Shown here: positions 51,482-61,824 of the stretch, piece by piece | Numbering within the stretch: the stretch's first letter is position 1 | Layout: every line of letters begins with the position of its first letter | DNA from: Allosphingosinicella sp. | Lineage (GTDB): Bacteria; Pseudomonadota; Alphaproteobacteria; Sphingomonadales; Sphingomonadaceae | Assembly: GCA_036388975.1 (NCBI GenBank) | Contig: DASVQT010000054.1 | Span: 5,838 to 69,837, forward strand | DNA: 64,000 nt | Direction: 5' to 3' | Translations under genes and position numbers: made by a program | Notes under the pieces: model-generated | Databases searched by the model: none | What the model saw: the letters and a program-made list of their open reading frames with translations, nothing else | What the model was told of the DNA's origin: nothing

Positions 51482-53332
51482 TTAGAAGCCGAGGCGCAGG
51501 GCGATGGAGCCGGCGAACTCGTTGCCTTCCTCATGCTCCAGCGTGGAACTCGCCTGGACCTGGACAGCGAGGGCGGAGCCCAGGTTCAGGTTCACGCCGC
51601 CGGTGACTCGGCCGTACGTGTCACGGCTGCGGCCCGGGAGATTGAAGGTGTTGACGATCTCCGGCGCGGCGGTGAGCGCGTAACGGACGCTGCGGCCGTC
51701 GCCTTCGAACTCCTTTTCCACCGACGCGGACGCATAGGGCTGGAGCGAAAGGCCGCTCACGTCGTAGGTGCCGCGCGCTTCGATGCCCGCGGAGCCGGTG
51801 AGCGAGTTGAGGCTCTGGTCGCTGACGTTCAGCGTCAGGACCGGGTCGCCGGTCTCGGTATAGGCGTCGAGCTCGGCGCGGGCATAGCGGACGCCGACGA
51901 CGGGGCCGATGCTGAGGCCGCCGAAGGGCATGAGAAAGCCCGCTTCCGCGCCCGCCGTGATCGTCTTGCCGTCCGTGTCGCCGGAGATCGAGTCGATCAC
52001 CGCATCGCGCGAGATTTCGTAATCCAGCGTGCCGATGCCGGCATAGCCCTGAACGAAGGCGCCGCCGCCGTTCCACCCGGCATAGCCGCCCAGCTGCCAG
52101 CTGTTCGCCGCGGAGCCGCCGGTGCCGTTCTCGAAGTCGGAATCGGAGCGGCTGTAGGCGCCGCCCACGCCGACGATGAAGCCCGACGCCATGTCGTACT
52201 CGACGCCGGCGCTGCCCGAGACCGTCTCGAGATCGTAGGCGAGGCTGGACAGGCTGCGGCGGCGGTCAAGGCTGGCGATATTGGCCGAGGTCCAGACGTT
52301 CACGCCGCTATGTCCTTCGGCGAAGCGCGCCGAGGACAGATCGAGGCGGCCGAGCATCACGCCGCCGAAGCTGCGCGCCGCCTGCAGGCCGGCTTCGCCC
52401 TGCGCCTGGAGCTGGAGCGGGGCTTCGAGCTGGCGGACGGCATATTGGCCGACGATCTCGAAGCCGCGCGAGGTGAGGTGCACCTGATCGACGTAGAAGA
52501 GATATTGGCGCGCGACGTCCGGATTGGCGGCGCAGGCGACCGGGCAGGCGCCGGCGCTGATCAGGCCGAACGACTGGAGGTTGGCGCCGACGACGTCGCC
52601 GATGCGATTGAGATCAAGATAGTTCACGATCACGCCCTGGCCGGCGAAATTGGCGAGTGAGGCGCGAATGCCGTTATTGTAGGCCGACGCGTAGGCGCTG
52701 CCGACCTGGGCGATGGCGAGGCCGTTCACTTCGGGAAGGCGGCCGACGTCGCCGGCAAGGAAGGTGATGTTCTGCGCGCCGGCGCCGACCAGCGCATTGA
52801 GGCCGGTCGTGGTTTCGGCGACGCGGAGCTGCGCCTGGCCGGGCGCGCCGGCAAGGAGCCCGGCAATCTGCGCCGGCGTGGGGTTGAGGCCGAGACTGCG
52901 CTCATAAGCGCGGGCGTCGTTGCCGCCGATCGAGACCACGACGAGGTCGGTCGGATCGAAGGTGCCCGAGACGCGCGGGAAGGCGGCCGGGCCGCCGCCG
53001 GCGAGAAAGGCCTGATATTCGGTCACGAAGCCGGGAATACCCGGGCCGTTGATGTTGCCGTTGCCGGTAAAGGCGCCGCCGATCGCGAAATTGTCGACCG
53101 GGACCTGGAGGATTCGCGACATGGTGTCGACGAAGTTGGTCGCATCGGAGAAGCGGCCCTGCGGGTAGACTGCGGGCGGCGCGACGCCGAGGAGCTGGAA
53201 GAGATTGCCGTCGTCGGCATAGCTGTCGCCGAACGCGACGATCCGGTCGACCGTCTGAGCCTGGGCCGGAACGGCGGTGAAAGCCGCCATAGAGGCAGCC
53301 GACATCAACAGGCTCTTGGTGAAGCCGCGCAT
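51482..53332 (-). CDS. EstA-like autotransporter with GDSL/SGNH esterase passenger
   Basis: Signal peptide, FGDSYADDGN, DQVHLT, and a C-terminal roughly 270-aa beta-barrel ending SIALRLGF. Confidence 0.9.
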   Translation of the reverse strand: MRGFTKSLLMSAASMAAFTAVPAQAQTVDRIVAFGDSYADDGNLFQLLGVAPPAVYPQGRFSDATNFVDTMSRILQVPVDNFAIGGAFTGNGNINGPGIPGFVTEYQAFLAGGGPAAFPRVSGTFDPTDLVVVSIGGNDARAYERSLGLNPTPAQIAGLLAGAPGQAQLRVAETTTGLNALVGAGAQNITFLAGDVGRLPEVNGLAIAQVGSAYASAYNNGIRASLANFAGQGVIVNYLDLNRIGDVVGANLQSFGLISAGACPVACAANPDVARQYLFYVDQVHLTSRGFEIVGQYAVRQLEAPLQLQAQGEAGLQAARSFGGVMLGRLDLSSARFAEGHSGVNVWTSANIASLDRRRSLSSLAYDLETVSGSAGVEYDMASGFIVGVGGAYSRSDSDFENGTGGSAANSWQLGGYAGWNGGGAFVQGYAGIGTLDYEISRDAVIDSISGDTDGKTITAGAEAGFLMPFGGLSIGPVVGVRYARAELDAYTETGDPVLTLNVSDQSLNSLTGSAGIEARGTYDVSGLSLQPYASASVEKEFEGDGRSVRYALTAAPEIVNTFNLPGRSRDTYGRVTGGVNLNLGSALAVQVQASSTLEHEEGNEFAGSIALRLGF

Positions 53333-53483
53333 AGTGAAACCCTCCCCTTGGGCTCGCCCCCCGGCGAACCGACATCCTTGTCAGTAGGCAAATGGCCGTC
53401 TTTTTAGCGGCTTGCAAGCGCCGAGCGGCTCGAAAAAGGCGGGGCTGGCGCGAAAGCTGTGGATCGTGGATGGTCGCGCCGCC

Positions 53484-54626
53484 ATGGCGCCCGTCCGCAT
53501 CCTCCACTGCCATTCCACCTTTTCGCTGGGCGGAAAGGAAGCGCGCGCCGTGCGGCTGATGAACGCCTGGGGCGATGCGGCCGAGCACGTGATCCTGAGC
53601 GGTATGCCGGGCAAGCTTTCCGCGCGCGACGCGATCGACAGCGGGGTGAAAGCAGCGTTCCCGGGGGACGCGCCGTCGCTGACCGGCCGGCCGGAGCCGC
53701 TGCGCCTCCGCCGGCTCGCCCGCTACATGCGCAGCTTCGATCTCGTCCTCACCTACAATTGGGGTGCGTTCGACGCGGTGATGGCGCGGCGGCTTTTCGG
53801 CGGGCCGCCGCTCGTCCACCATGAAGACGGGTTCAACGAGGACGAAGCGGAGCGGCTGAACCCGAAGCGCAGTCTGTTCCGGCGCCTGGGCCTTCCCGCC
53901 GCCTTTCGGCTGGTCGTACCGTCGCAGCGGCTGGAGCGGATCGCGCTCGGCGACTGGAAGCAGCCGCCGGGCCGGGTCGAGCGGATTTCGAACGGCATCC
54001 CCGTGGCCCGCTACCGGAGTGCGCAGCGGCCGGAGATACCGGGGCTCGTCCTGAGCGAAGGCGAGATCGCGATCGGCACGGTGGCGGGGCTGCGCGCGGT
54101 CAAGAATTTGCCGCGCCTCGTGCGCGCCTTCGCCGCCATGGCCGAGAAGAATGCGCGGCTGGTGATCGTCGGTGAAGGGCCGGAAAGCGAGCGCATCGCC
54201 GCCGAGGCGCGGGCGCTCGGAGTCGCCGAACGGCTCCACATGCCGGGCTTCCTCGCCGATCCCGCCTCCTGGATCGGCGCATTCGACGTATTCGCTTTGT
54301 CGTCGGACAGCGAGCAATTTCCGATTTCGATGATCGAGGCGATGGGGGCGGGGCTTCCGGTGGTCTCGACCAGCGTCGGCGACATCGAGGCGATGCTGCC
54401 GCCCGACAATCGCCCGCTTCTCGTCGCCCGGGACGACGAAGCCGGCTTCGCCGCCGCGCTCGACAGCCTCGCCGCGCGGCCGGACCTCCGCAGCGCGCTC
54501 GGCCGTGCCAATCGCGCCAAGGCCGAGGCCGACTATGACGAAGCGAGCATGATCTCGCGCTACGCCGCGCTCTACGGTGCAGCCATCGGGCGGCCCGGTG
54601 CGTTCAGGGGCGGGGCCGTAACATAG
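53484..54626 (+). CDS. Family-4 (GT-B) glycosyltransferase
   Basis: ORF 53412..54626; the likely start is MAPVRILHCHSTFSLGG. An E-x7-E region is present (SDSEQFPISMIEAMGAGLPVV). Confidence 0.85.
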   Translation: MAPVRILHCHSTFSLGGKEARAVRLMNAWGDAAEHVILSGMPGKLSARDAIDSGVKAAFPGDAPSLTGRPEPLRLRRLARYMRSFDLVLTYNWGAFDAVMARRLFGGPPLVHHEDGFNEDEAERLNPKRSLFRRLGLPAAFRLVVPSQRLERIALGDWKQPPGRVERISNGIPVARYRSAQRPEIPGLVLSEGEIAIGTVAGLRAVKNLPRLVRAFAAMAEKNARLVIVGEGPESERIAAEARALGVAERLHMPGFLADPASWIGAFDVFALSSDSEQFPISMIEAMGAGLPVVSTSVGDIEAMLPPDNRPLLVARDDEAGFAAALDSLAARPDLRSALGRANRAKAEADYDEASMISRYAALYGAAIGRPGAFRGGAVT

Positions 54627-54682
54627 GTTTTGCGCGGCGGCCCCGCGCCGCCTATGAGGCGCACCGGCTTTTCGGAGGTAGA

Positions 54683-56089
54683 ATGTTCAAGGGTATCAGC
54701 CCGATCCGCTATGCGGGTCGTGAAGTCCTCCCGCTGATCGAGGGCGGCAAGGGCGTTTCGGCGACCAATCACATGAGCTCGGGCGCCTGGGCCGCCGCCG
54801 GCGGCATCGGCACGGTTTCCGCTGTGAATGCGGACAGCTACGACGCCGAAGGCAAGATCGTCCCGCAGGTCTACCATGCCCTGACCCGGCGCGAGCGGCA
54901 CGAGGAGCTGATCCGCTACGGCATCGCCGGCGCCGTCGATCAGGTGAAACGCGCCCACGAGATGACCAACGGCCAGGGCGCGATCAACATCAACGTGCTT
55001 TGGGAAATGGGCGGCGCGCAGCCCATCCTCCACGGCGTGCTGGAGCAGACCAAGGGCATGATCGCGGGCGTCACCTGCGGCGCCGGCATGCCCTACAAAT
55101 TGTCGGAGATCGCGGCCTCCTACGGCGTCAAATATCTCCCGATCATCAGCTCGGCCCGCGCTTTCTCGGCGCTGTGGAAACGGGCTTATTCCAAGGCGGC
55201 GGAGTATCTCGGCGCCGTGGTCTATGAGGATCCATGGCTGGCGGGCGGGCATAACGGCCTGTCCAACGCCGAGGACCCGCTGGTGCCGCAGGACCCTTAT
55301 CCCCGCGTCAAGGCGCTGCGCGACGTGATGCGCGCGGGCGGCATTTCCGACGAAATCCCGATCGTGATGGCGGGGGGCGTTTGGAATTTGAAGGAATGGG
55401 AGCATTGGATCGACAATCCCGAGCTCGGCCAGATCGCCTTTCAGTTCGGCACCCGGCCCTTGCTCACCAAGGAGAGTCCCATTCCGGAGGAGTGGAAGCG
55501 GCGGCTGATGGAGCTGGAGGAGGGCGACGTGCTGCTTCACCGCTTCTCGCCGACAGGCTTCTACAGCTCGGCCGTGCGCACGCCCTTTTTGCGCAGCCTC
55601 GAAGCGCGCTCGCAGCGGCAGATCGCCTTCACCAAGGAGGAAATGGGCGATCATTGCTTCCAGCTCGACGTCGGGGTGAACGGCAAGAAGAATTACTGGG
55701 TCACCAAGGGCGATCTGCTTCATGCGCGCGAATGGTATGCGCAGGGCTTCACCGACGCGCTCAAGACGCCGGACGAGACTTTGGTTTTCGTGACGCCCGA
55801 GGAAAAGCACATGATCCGCAAGGACCAGGCGGACTGCATGGGCTGCCTCAGCCAGTGCGCTTTCTCCTCCTGGGCGGACAATGAGAAGAACACGACCGGC
55901 CGCCTCGCCGATCCGAGGAGCTTCTGCATCCAGAAGACGCTTCAGGACATCGCCCATGGCGGGCCGGTGGACAACAATCTGATGTTCGCGGGCCACGCCG
56001 CCTTCCGCTTCAAGAAGGATCCCTTTTATTCGAACGGCTTCGTCCCGACCGTGAAGCAGCTGGTGGAGCGGATTCAAACCGGCGACTGA
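54683..56089 (+). CDS. Nitronate monooxygenase-like (NMO/IMPDH-fold) flavin oxidoreductase
   Basis: 468 aa with GIGTVS, AGVTCGAGMPY and IVMAGGVW patterns typical of the 2-nitropropane dioxygenase family. The assignment is made from memory of the family. Confidence 0.65.
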   Translation: MFKGISPIRYAGREVLPLIEGGKGVSATNHMSSGAWAAAGGIGTVSAVNADSYDAEGKIVPQVYHALTRRERHEELIRYGIAGAVDQVKRAHEMTNGQGAININVLWEMGGAQPILHGVLEQTKGMIAGVTCGAGMPYKLSEIAASYGVKYLPIISSARAFSALWKRAYSKAAEYLGAVVYEDPWLAGGHNGLSNAEDPLVPQDPYPRVKALRDVMRAGGISDEIPIVMAGGVWNLKEWEHWIDNPELGQIAFQFGTRPLLTKESPIPEEWKRRLMELEEGDVLLHRFSPTGFYSSAVRTPFLRSLEARSQRQIAFTKEEMGDHCFQLDVGVNGKKNYWVTKGDLLHAREWYAQGFTDALKTPDETLVFVTPEEKHMIRKDQADCMGCLSQCAFSSWADNEKNTTGRLADPRSFCIQKTLQDIAHGGPVDNNLMFAGHAAFRFKKDPFYSNGFVPTVKQLVERIQTGD

Positions 56090-56100
56090 CCCGCTGCGAC

Positions 56101-56288
56101 CCGGGTTTCGACAGGCTCAGCCCTAGCGGTGTGCGGGGCCGATCAGCGCTTTAACAGGCTCAGCCCTGGCGGCGTGCGTGGCGGATCCGGGCTTCGACAG
56201 GCTCAGCCCTGGCGGTGTGCGGGGCTCTGGGGAGGGAGGCTCTCTCCGCCGCCGGCCCTGAGCCTGTCGAAGGGCGGTTTGCAGTGCC
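56101..56288. repeat. Cluster of four family A repeat units
   Basis: There are three forward units (56101-56133, 56148-56178, 56186-56222) and one reverse unit (56256-56288). Confidence 0.8.
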
Positions 56289-56355
56289 CGAGCGGGACAA
56301 AGCGCTGCACATCAGACGTTGAAACCACCATCCCCGACGCCCTAGAGAAGCAGGC

Positions 56356-56844
56356 ATGTTCAGGCGTTTCATTCTTTCCGCATTCGTGGCGGCCGCGGCG
56401 CTGGCGCAGACCGGCGCGCAGGCGCAAAGCGAGCGGCAGCCGCCTTATTGGGTGTCGCTCAGCGCGAACGACGCGTTGATGCGCACCGGGCCGGCGCAGA
56501 CCTATCCCGCGCAGTGGCGCTATGTGCGGCGCGGCCTGCCGATGCGGGTGATCGCGGTGCAGCCCAATTGGCGCAAGGTGCAGGACCCGCTCGGCGCGCA
56601 GGGCTGGATCATGGTCCGGCTCTTGAGCGACCAGCGCACCGCGCTCGTCACCGGCGCGGAGCCGCGGCCGCTGCACGCCGAGGCCGACGACGCGTCGCCG
56701 GTCCGCTTCCGCGCGGAGCCGGGCGTGGTCGGCAATATCGAAAGCTGCGAAGCGGGCTGGTGCGAGCTCGACGTGCAGGGGCGGCGCGGCTTCATCCGCG
56801 CGTCCTTCATCTGGGGCACGGATCCGAACGAAACGGTCGACTGA
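56356..56844 (+). CDS. Secreted SH3-like (DUF1058) domain protein
   Basis: Signal peptide, YWVSL..NDALMRTGP...YP..W.Y.R.GLP..V.....W.KV.DP.G..GW, with a second SH3-like half. Confidence 0.75.
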   Translation: MFRRFILSAFVAAAALAQTGAQAQSERQPPYWVSLSANDALMRTGPAQTYPAQWRYVRRGLPMRVIAVQPNWRKVQDPLGAQGWIMVRLLSDQRTALVTGAEPRPLHAEADDASPVRFRAEPGVVGNIESCEAGWCELDVQGRRGFIRASFIWGTDPNETVD

Positions 56845-56865
56845 CGAACGGAAGTTGGGGGGAAC

Positions 56866-57141
56866 ATGGCGGACTTGAGCTTTGGCGACTTCGCCGTCGG
56901 CGAGCAGTGGGAGATGGGCCTGGGCGAGCGCTTCTTGCCGACCGAACTGATCGACGTGTCGCTTTTGCCGGACTCCGGGCGCCCCGGCGGCGCCTTTCGC
57001 CTCGAATTTCGCGGGCCGTTCGACCCGCTGCTGCCGCAGGGGACCTATGTGTTCCGGCGGAACGGCGCGGCGCACGACATCTTCGTCTGCCCGATCGGCC
57101 GCGAGGAAGCCGGGACGCGCTACGAAGCGATCTTCTATTAA
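56866..57141 (+). CDS. Hypothetical small protein
   Basis: 91-aa ORF with an ATG start 22 nt after the upstream stop. No family is confidently recognised. Confidence 0.45.
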   Translation: MADLSFGDFAVGEQWEMGLGERFLPTELIDVSLLPDSGRPGGAFRLEFRGPFDPLLPQGTYVFRRNGAAHDIFVCPIGREEAGTRYEAIFY

Positions 57142-57665
57142 GCCGCCGCGTCGGAGCCGGCGCCCGCGCCGGGCGCGCTCCATTCCATGAGCTGGTAGAC
57201 GCCCTTGTCCTCGACCGGCACGAAGCCGAGCCGCTCGTAAAGGCGCTTCGCGGGATTGAAGATCTCGACGTGGATCGAGACCTTCATGCCGCGCGCGAAG
57301 GCGTCCTCGCCGATGTCGCGCACGATCGCCTCGCCGATGCCCGCGCCGCGAAAGGGCGGCAGCAGCGCGATGTCCACGATGCGGACGTTGCCGGTCCATT
57401 CCTGGAGATAAAGGCGGCCGACCCGCTCTCCGCCGCGCTCGATCACCAGCCGCTCGGCATCGGGATAGACGCTTGCATAATGGGCGTGCTGCGCCTCGTG
57501 CTGCTGCTTGAAAAAGGCTTGCTCCATTTCGGGCGGCCAGCCGGCCTGCGCGACCTCCTCGGTGCGGGTGGAGGCGTAAACGGCGCCGAGAAAGTCCAGC
57601 TCGTCCTCGCGCGCGGGGCGGTAGCTGATTTCGAGGCGGGCGGCGGAGCGGAGGGGCGGGGGCAT
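57138..57665 (-). CDS. GNAT family N-acetyltransferase
   Basis: This is the tail of ORF 57138..58493; the start is the ATG at 57663-57665 (MPPPLRSAARLEISYRPA). The acetyl-CoA motif is LLPPFRGAGIGEAIV. Confidence 0.85.
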   Translation of the reverse strand: MPPPLRSAARLEISYRPAREDELDFLGAVYASTRTEEVAQAGWPPEMEQAFFKQQHEAQHAHYASVYPDAERLVIERGGERVGRLYLQEWTGNVRIVDIALLPPFRGAGIGEAIVRDIGEDAFARGMKVSIHVEIFNPAKRLYERLGFVPVEDKGVYQLMEWSAPGAGAGSDAAA

Positions 57666-57710
57666 GAGCGCAGGTGTAGCGGAGAGTTCCGGGCTTGGAA
57701 ATTGCCGGCG

Positions 57711-57843
57711 GGTCCTTCGAGACGGGCCTTCGCTACGCGCTTCGCGCTGCTCAGTCCCTCCTCGGGATGAGCGGGTCGGGAACGCACAACTTCGCTCATC
57801 CTGAGGAGGGACTGAGCCTGGCGAAGGCCCGTCTCGAAGGACC
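57711..57843. repeat. Family C long palindromic intergenic repeat (arm order inverted relative to 24611-24727)
   Basis: GGTCCTTCGAGACGGGCC...CTCCTCGGGATGAGCGG, then GCTCATCCTGAGGAGGGACTGAGCCTGGCGAAGGCCCGTCTCGAAGGACC. Confidence 0.8.
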
Positions 57844-57884
57844 TCGCCGTTGCGGGAAGCCACCTCGCCCCCTAGGGCCGCGGC

Positions 57885-58619
57885 ATGTCCGATCACCTCC
57901 CCCCGCCGCCTCTGTCGCTTCTCACCGGCGCGGCGCTGTTTCTCGATTTCGACGGGACGCTCGTCGAGCTTGCCGAAGCGCCGGACGCGATCCGGGTGCC
58001 GGGCGAGCTGCCGGGGATGCTGCAGCGCCTGGGCGAGCGGCTTGAGGGGCGGCTGGCGATCGTGAGCGGGCGCTCGCTCGCCGACCTCGACCGGCACGTG
58101 CGCTGCCGCGGGGTGGCGATGTCGGGATCGCACGGGCTGGAGCTGCGGCTCGCCGACGGGACGTCGCTGCCGCTCTACCGCCCGCTGGCACTGGATGCGG
58201 CGCGGGACGAGATCGCCCGCTTCGCCGCGCGGGGCGAGGGGCTCCTCGTCGAGGAGAAGCCGGCAAGCGTCGCTTTGCACTTCCGCCGGGCGCCGGAGCG
58301 GGAAAAGGAGGTCGCGTCGCTGATGGAAGAACTGGCGGCGCAGGCGGGCCTTACCGTGCAGCACGGCAAGATGGTGGCCGAGCTCCGGCCCGTCGGCGCG
58401 GACAAGGGCGACGCGCTTCGTGCATTGATGATGGAACCCGCATTCGCCGGCGCGCGTCCTTTGTTCATGGGAGACGATCTGACGGACGAACATGCCTTCG
58501 AGGCCGCCGCGGCGCTTGGCGGCGCGGGCGTGCTTGTCGGGCCGCCGCGCGCCACGGCGGCGCTCTACCGGCTGGACGGAGTCGCGGAGGTGGCCGCGTG
58601 GCTGAAGGCGGCGGCGTGA
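57885..58619 (+). CDS. otsB: Trehalose-6-phosphate phosphatase
   Basis: HAD motif I FLDFDGTL and a downstream GDD motif (FMGDDLTDE). It sits in an operon with otsA. Confidence 0.9.
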   Translation: MSDHLPPPPLSLLTGAALFLDFDGTLVELAEAPDAIRVPGELPGMLQRLGERLEGRLAIVSGRSLADLDRHVRCRGVAMSGSHGLELRLADGTSLPLYRPLALDAARDEIARFAARGEGLLVEEKPASVALHFRRAPEREKEVASLMEELAAQAGLTVQHGKMVAELRPVGADKGDALRALMMEPAFAGARPLFMGDDLTDEHAFEAAAALGGAGVLVGPPRATAALYRLDGVAEVAAWLKAAA

Positions 58620-60406
58620 AGGACCTCGATCTCTGGCCGATCGGCAATTGCCAGGTGAGCGCGCTGGTCGACCGCGCGGCCGGCATGGTCTGGGGCTGCG
58701 CGCCGGCGGTCGACGGTGACCCGCTCTTCTGCGCGCTGCTTGAGCCCAAGGGCGAAACGGAGCAGCCGCGCGGCGAATGGCGGGTCTCGGTCGAGAACCA
58801 GGTGCGGGTCGAGCAGCGTTACTTGAGGAACACGCCGATCCTGATCACGCGGCTGTTCGATGCGGACGGCAACAGCGCCGACGTGTTCGATTTCTGCCCG
58901 CGCTTCGAGCGCACGGGGCGGATGTACCGGCCGGTGGCCTTTGCGCGGATCGTGCGCCCAGTGTCTGGCGCGCCGCGGGTGCGCGTGACGCTCAACCCGG
59001 CGACCGACTGGGGCGCGAAGGATGCGGAGCGGACCAGCGGCACCAACCACATACGCTTTCTCCTGAAGCCGCAGCCGCTGCGCCTCACCACCGACGCGCC
59101 GGTGGGCCACGTCCTGCAGAGCCGCCCGTTCCGGCTCGAAAAGGCGCTGCACTTCTTCCTCGGGCCGGACGAGCCCTTTTCGGGAAATATCGGCCACACG
59201 GTCGCGACCATGCTCCACCAGACGAGCGACGAATGGCGGGGCTGGGTGCGCGGGCTCGCCGTGCCGCTGGAGTGGCAGAAGGTGGTGATCCGCGCCGCGA
59301 TCACCCTGAAGCTCTGCCAGCATGAGGAGACGGGCGCGATCGTCGCGGCGCTCACCACCTCCATTCCGGAAGCGGCGGGGAGCGGGCGCAACTGGGATTA
59401 TCGCTACTGCTGGATCCGCGACGCTTATTACACGGTGCAGGCGCTGAACCGGCTCGGCGCGCTGGACGTGCTGGAAAATTACCTGAGCTACCTCAGGAAC
59501 ATCGTCGATGCGGCTCCGGACGGGTTCATCCAGCCGCTTTACGGCGTGTCGGGCGAGCCGAAGCTCGAGGAATGGCATGCGGACGGGCTGGCGGGCTATC
59601 GCGGCATGGGGCCAGTGCGTGTCGGCAATGCCGCCTACCACCAGGTCCAGCACGACGCTTACGGACAGATCGTCCTGTCCAACGCCCAGGCCTTCTTCGA
59701 CGAGCGGCTGTTCCGCACCGCCACGCACGAGGATTTCGCCGCGCTGGAGAAGGTCGGCGAGAATGCGTGGAAGAATCACGACCAGCCCGATGCGGGGCTT
59801 TGGGAGTTCCGGACGCGGGCGGCGGTGCACACGTATTCCGCCGTGATGTGCTGGGCGGCGTGCGACAGGCTCGGCAACATCGCCGAGCGGCTCGGACTCG
59901 AAGCGCGCGCGTTCTTCTGGCGGGAGCGCGAGTGCAAGGTGCGCGACACGATCGAGCGCGAGGCGCTGATCGAAGGCGAAGGCCGCTTCGGCGCGAGCTT
60001 CGGCGGGGAGGAGCTGGATGCCAGCCTGCTGCAGCTCATCGACATGCGCTTCGTCGCGCCCGACGACCCGCGCTTCCGCGCCACCTTCGAGGCGGTGGAA
60101 AAGGGCCTCAGGCGCGGCGAGCATATGCTGCGCTACGCCGCCGAGGACGATTTCGGCCTGCCGGAAACGGCGTTCAACTTCTGCACCTTCTGGCTGATCG
60201 AAGCGCTGCACATCGTCGGGCGGAAGGATGAAGCGCGCGAGCTTTACGAGCGCATGCTGGAGCGGCTGACGCCCGCCGGCCTCCTGTCCGAGGACACGGA
60301 TTTCCACACCGGCGAGCTGTGGGGCAATTATCCGCAAACCTATTCGCTGGTCGGCCTGATCAACTGCGCCGGCCTGTTGTCCAAACCCTGGAGCTCCGTC
60401 CGATGA
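58598..60406 (+). CDS. Glycoside hydrolase family 15 protein (glucoamylase/trehalase-like)
   Basis: Roughly 600 aa with SIPE...NWDYRYCWIRDA and a WGNYPQTYS tail typical of bacterial GH15. An alternative GTG start at 58616 forms a GTGA overlap with the otsB stop. Confidence 0.88.
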   Translation: MAEGGGVKDLDLWPIGNCQVSALVDRAAGMVWGCAPAVDGDPLFCALLEPKGETEQPRGEWRVSVENQVRVEQRYLRNTPILITRLFDADGNSADVFDFCPRFERTGRMYRPVAFARIVRPVSGAPRVRVTLNPATDWGAKDAERTSGTNHIRFLLKPQPLRLTTDAPVGHVLQSRPFRLEKALHFFLGPDEPFSGNIGHTVATMLHQTSDEWRGWVRGLAVPLEWQKVVIRAAITLKLCQHEETGAIVAALTTSIPEAAGSGRNWDYRYCWIRDAYYTVQALNRLGALDVLENYLSYLRNIVDAAPDGFIQPLYGVSGEPKLEEWHADGLAGYRGMGPVRVGNAAYHQVQHDAYGQIVLSNAQAFFDERLFRTATHEDFAALEKVGENAWKNHDQPDAGLWEFRTRAAVHTYSAVMCWAACDRLGNIAERLGLEARAFFWRERECKVRDTIEREALIEGEGRFGASFGGEELDASLLQLIDMRFVAPDDPRFRATFEAVEKGLRRGEHMLRYAAEDDFGLPETAFNFCTFWLIEALHIVGRKDEARELYERMLERLTPAGLLSEDTDFHTGELWGNYPQTYSLVGLINCAGLLSKPWSSVR

Positions 60407-61824
60407 GCCGCCTGATCATCATTTCGAACCGTGTCTCGGCGCCCAAGGGCGAGGGGCAGGGGGCCCAGGGCGGGCTCGCCGTCGCGCTTTCCGCGGCGCT
60501 TCGCGACCATCGCGGCCTGTGGTTCGGCTGGTCGGGCGAGCGGACCGACGAATTTACCGGCCAGATCAACCTCCAGCGCCACGAGGGCGTCACCACCGCG
60601 ACGATCGACCTCGAGGAGCAGGACGTCGAGGAATATTATAACGGTTATGCGAACCGGACCTTGTGGCCGCTTTTCCACTACCGGATCGATCTGGCGGAGT
60701 ACGACCGCAGCTTCGGGTCGGGCTACGAGCGGGTCAACGAGCGGTTCGCCGAGACGGTGGCGCCGCTGATCGAGCCGGACGACCTCATCTGGATTCACGA
60801 TTATCACCTGATCCCGCTCGGCCAGCAGCTTCGCGAGCGCGGGCTCAAGAATCGGATCGGCTTCTTCCTCCATATTCCCTGGCCGCCGGCGCGGCTGATG
60901 GTGTCGCTGCCCTTTCACGAGGGGCTGGTCCTTTCGATGCTCGCCTATGACGTGATCGGCTTCCAGACCGAGGAATGGCTGGAAAGCTTCCTCCATTATG
61001 TCGAGCGCGAGATCGGGGGGCATTGCGACCCGGACGGGACGGTGACGGTGGGCGACCGCTCGGTCCACGCCGCAGCCTATCCGATCGGCATCGATTTCGA
61101 GGAGTTCCACAAGGCGGCCTTCAGCCCCGGCGCGGTGGACGCCTGCCGCCGGCTCACCGAAAGCGCCGCGGACAAGAAGGCGATGATCGGAGTCGACCGG
61201 CTCGATTATTCCAAGGGTCTGGAGGAGCGCTTCCTCGGCTATCGCCGCTTCCTCGAAGAGCATGAGGATTATCGCGGCAAGGTCTTCCTGCTCCAGATCG
61301 CGCCGCCCTCGCGCGGCGAAGTGGACACGTACGAGATCATCCGCGAGCGGCTCGACGAGCTGTCCGGGCGGATCAACGGCGAGTTCGCCGACGTCGACTG
61401 GGTGCCGATCCGCTACGTCAACCAGGGCCATCCGCGCGAGGAGCTGGCCGGCTTCTACCGCGCCTGCCCGATCGCTCTGGTCACTCCGCTCCGCGACGGG
61501 ATGAACCTCGTCGCCAAGGAATATGTGGCGGCGCAGGATCCCGAGGATCCGGGCGTGCTCATTCTGTCTCGCTTCGCCGGCGCGGCGCTGCAGCTGAAGG
61601 ACGCGCTTCTCGTCAATCCTTATTCCAAGGAGGAGATCAGCGACGCGATCCACCGCGCCCTCAACATGCCCAAAGAGGAGCGCATCCGCCGCTGGCGCGC
61701 ATGCTACGAGAGCGTCAAGAACGAGGACGTGGTCGCCTGGCGCAAGGGGTTCGTGGATGCGCTGAGGAACAGCCCCGGGCCCGACGCGCGCGAGGCGCGG
61801 GACGCGGACGACGCGGCGGCCTAG
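60403..61824 (+). CDS. otsA: Alpha,alpha-trehalose-phosphate synthase (UDP-forming)
   Basis: ATG at 60403 forms an ATGA overlap with the GH15 stop. [27 protein letters not shown] and [12 protein letters not shown] are canonical OtsA motifs. Confidence 0.95.
   Translation: MSRLIIISNRVSAPKGEGQGAQGGLAVALSAALRDHRGLWFGWSGERTDEFTGQINLQRHEGVTTATIDLEEQDVEEYYNGYANRTLWPLFHYRIDLAEYDRSFGSGYERVNERFAETVAPLIEPDDLIWIHDYHLIPLGQQLRERGLKNRIGFFLHIPWPPARLMVSLPFHEGLVLSMLAYDVIGFQTEEWLESFLHYVEREIGGHCDPDGTVTVGDRSVHAAAYPIGIDFEEFHKAAFSPGAVDACRRLTESAADKKAMIGVDRLDYSKGLEERFLGYRRFLEEHEDYRGKVFLLQIAPPSRGEVDTYEIIRERLDELSGRINGEFADVDWVPIRYVNQGHPREELAGFYRACPIALVTPLRDGMNLVAKEYVAAQDPEDPGVLILSRFAGAALQLKDALLVNPYSKEEISDAIHRALNMPKEERIRRWRACYESVKNEDVVAWRKGFVDALRNSPGPDAREARDADDAAA

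Noticed and set aside
51227-56288. Possibility that the clustered short repeats are CRISPR arrays
   Set aside because: The units alternate in orientation, spacing is irregular (about 20-60 nt), and copies are degenerate. No cas genes are present in the window.
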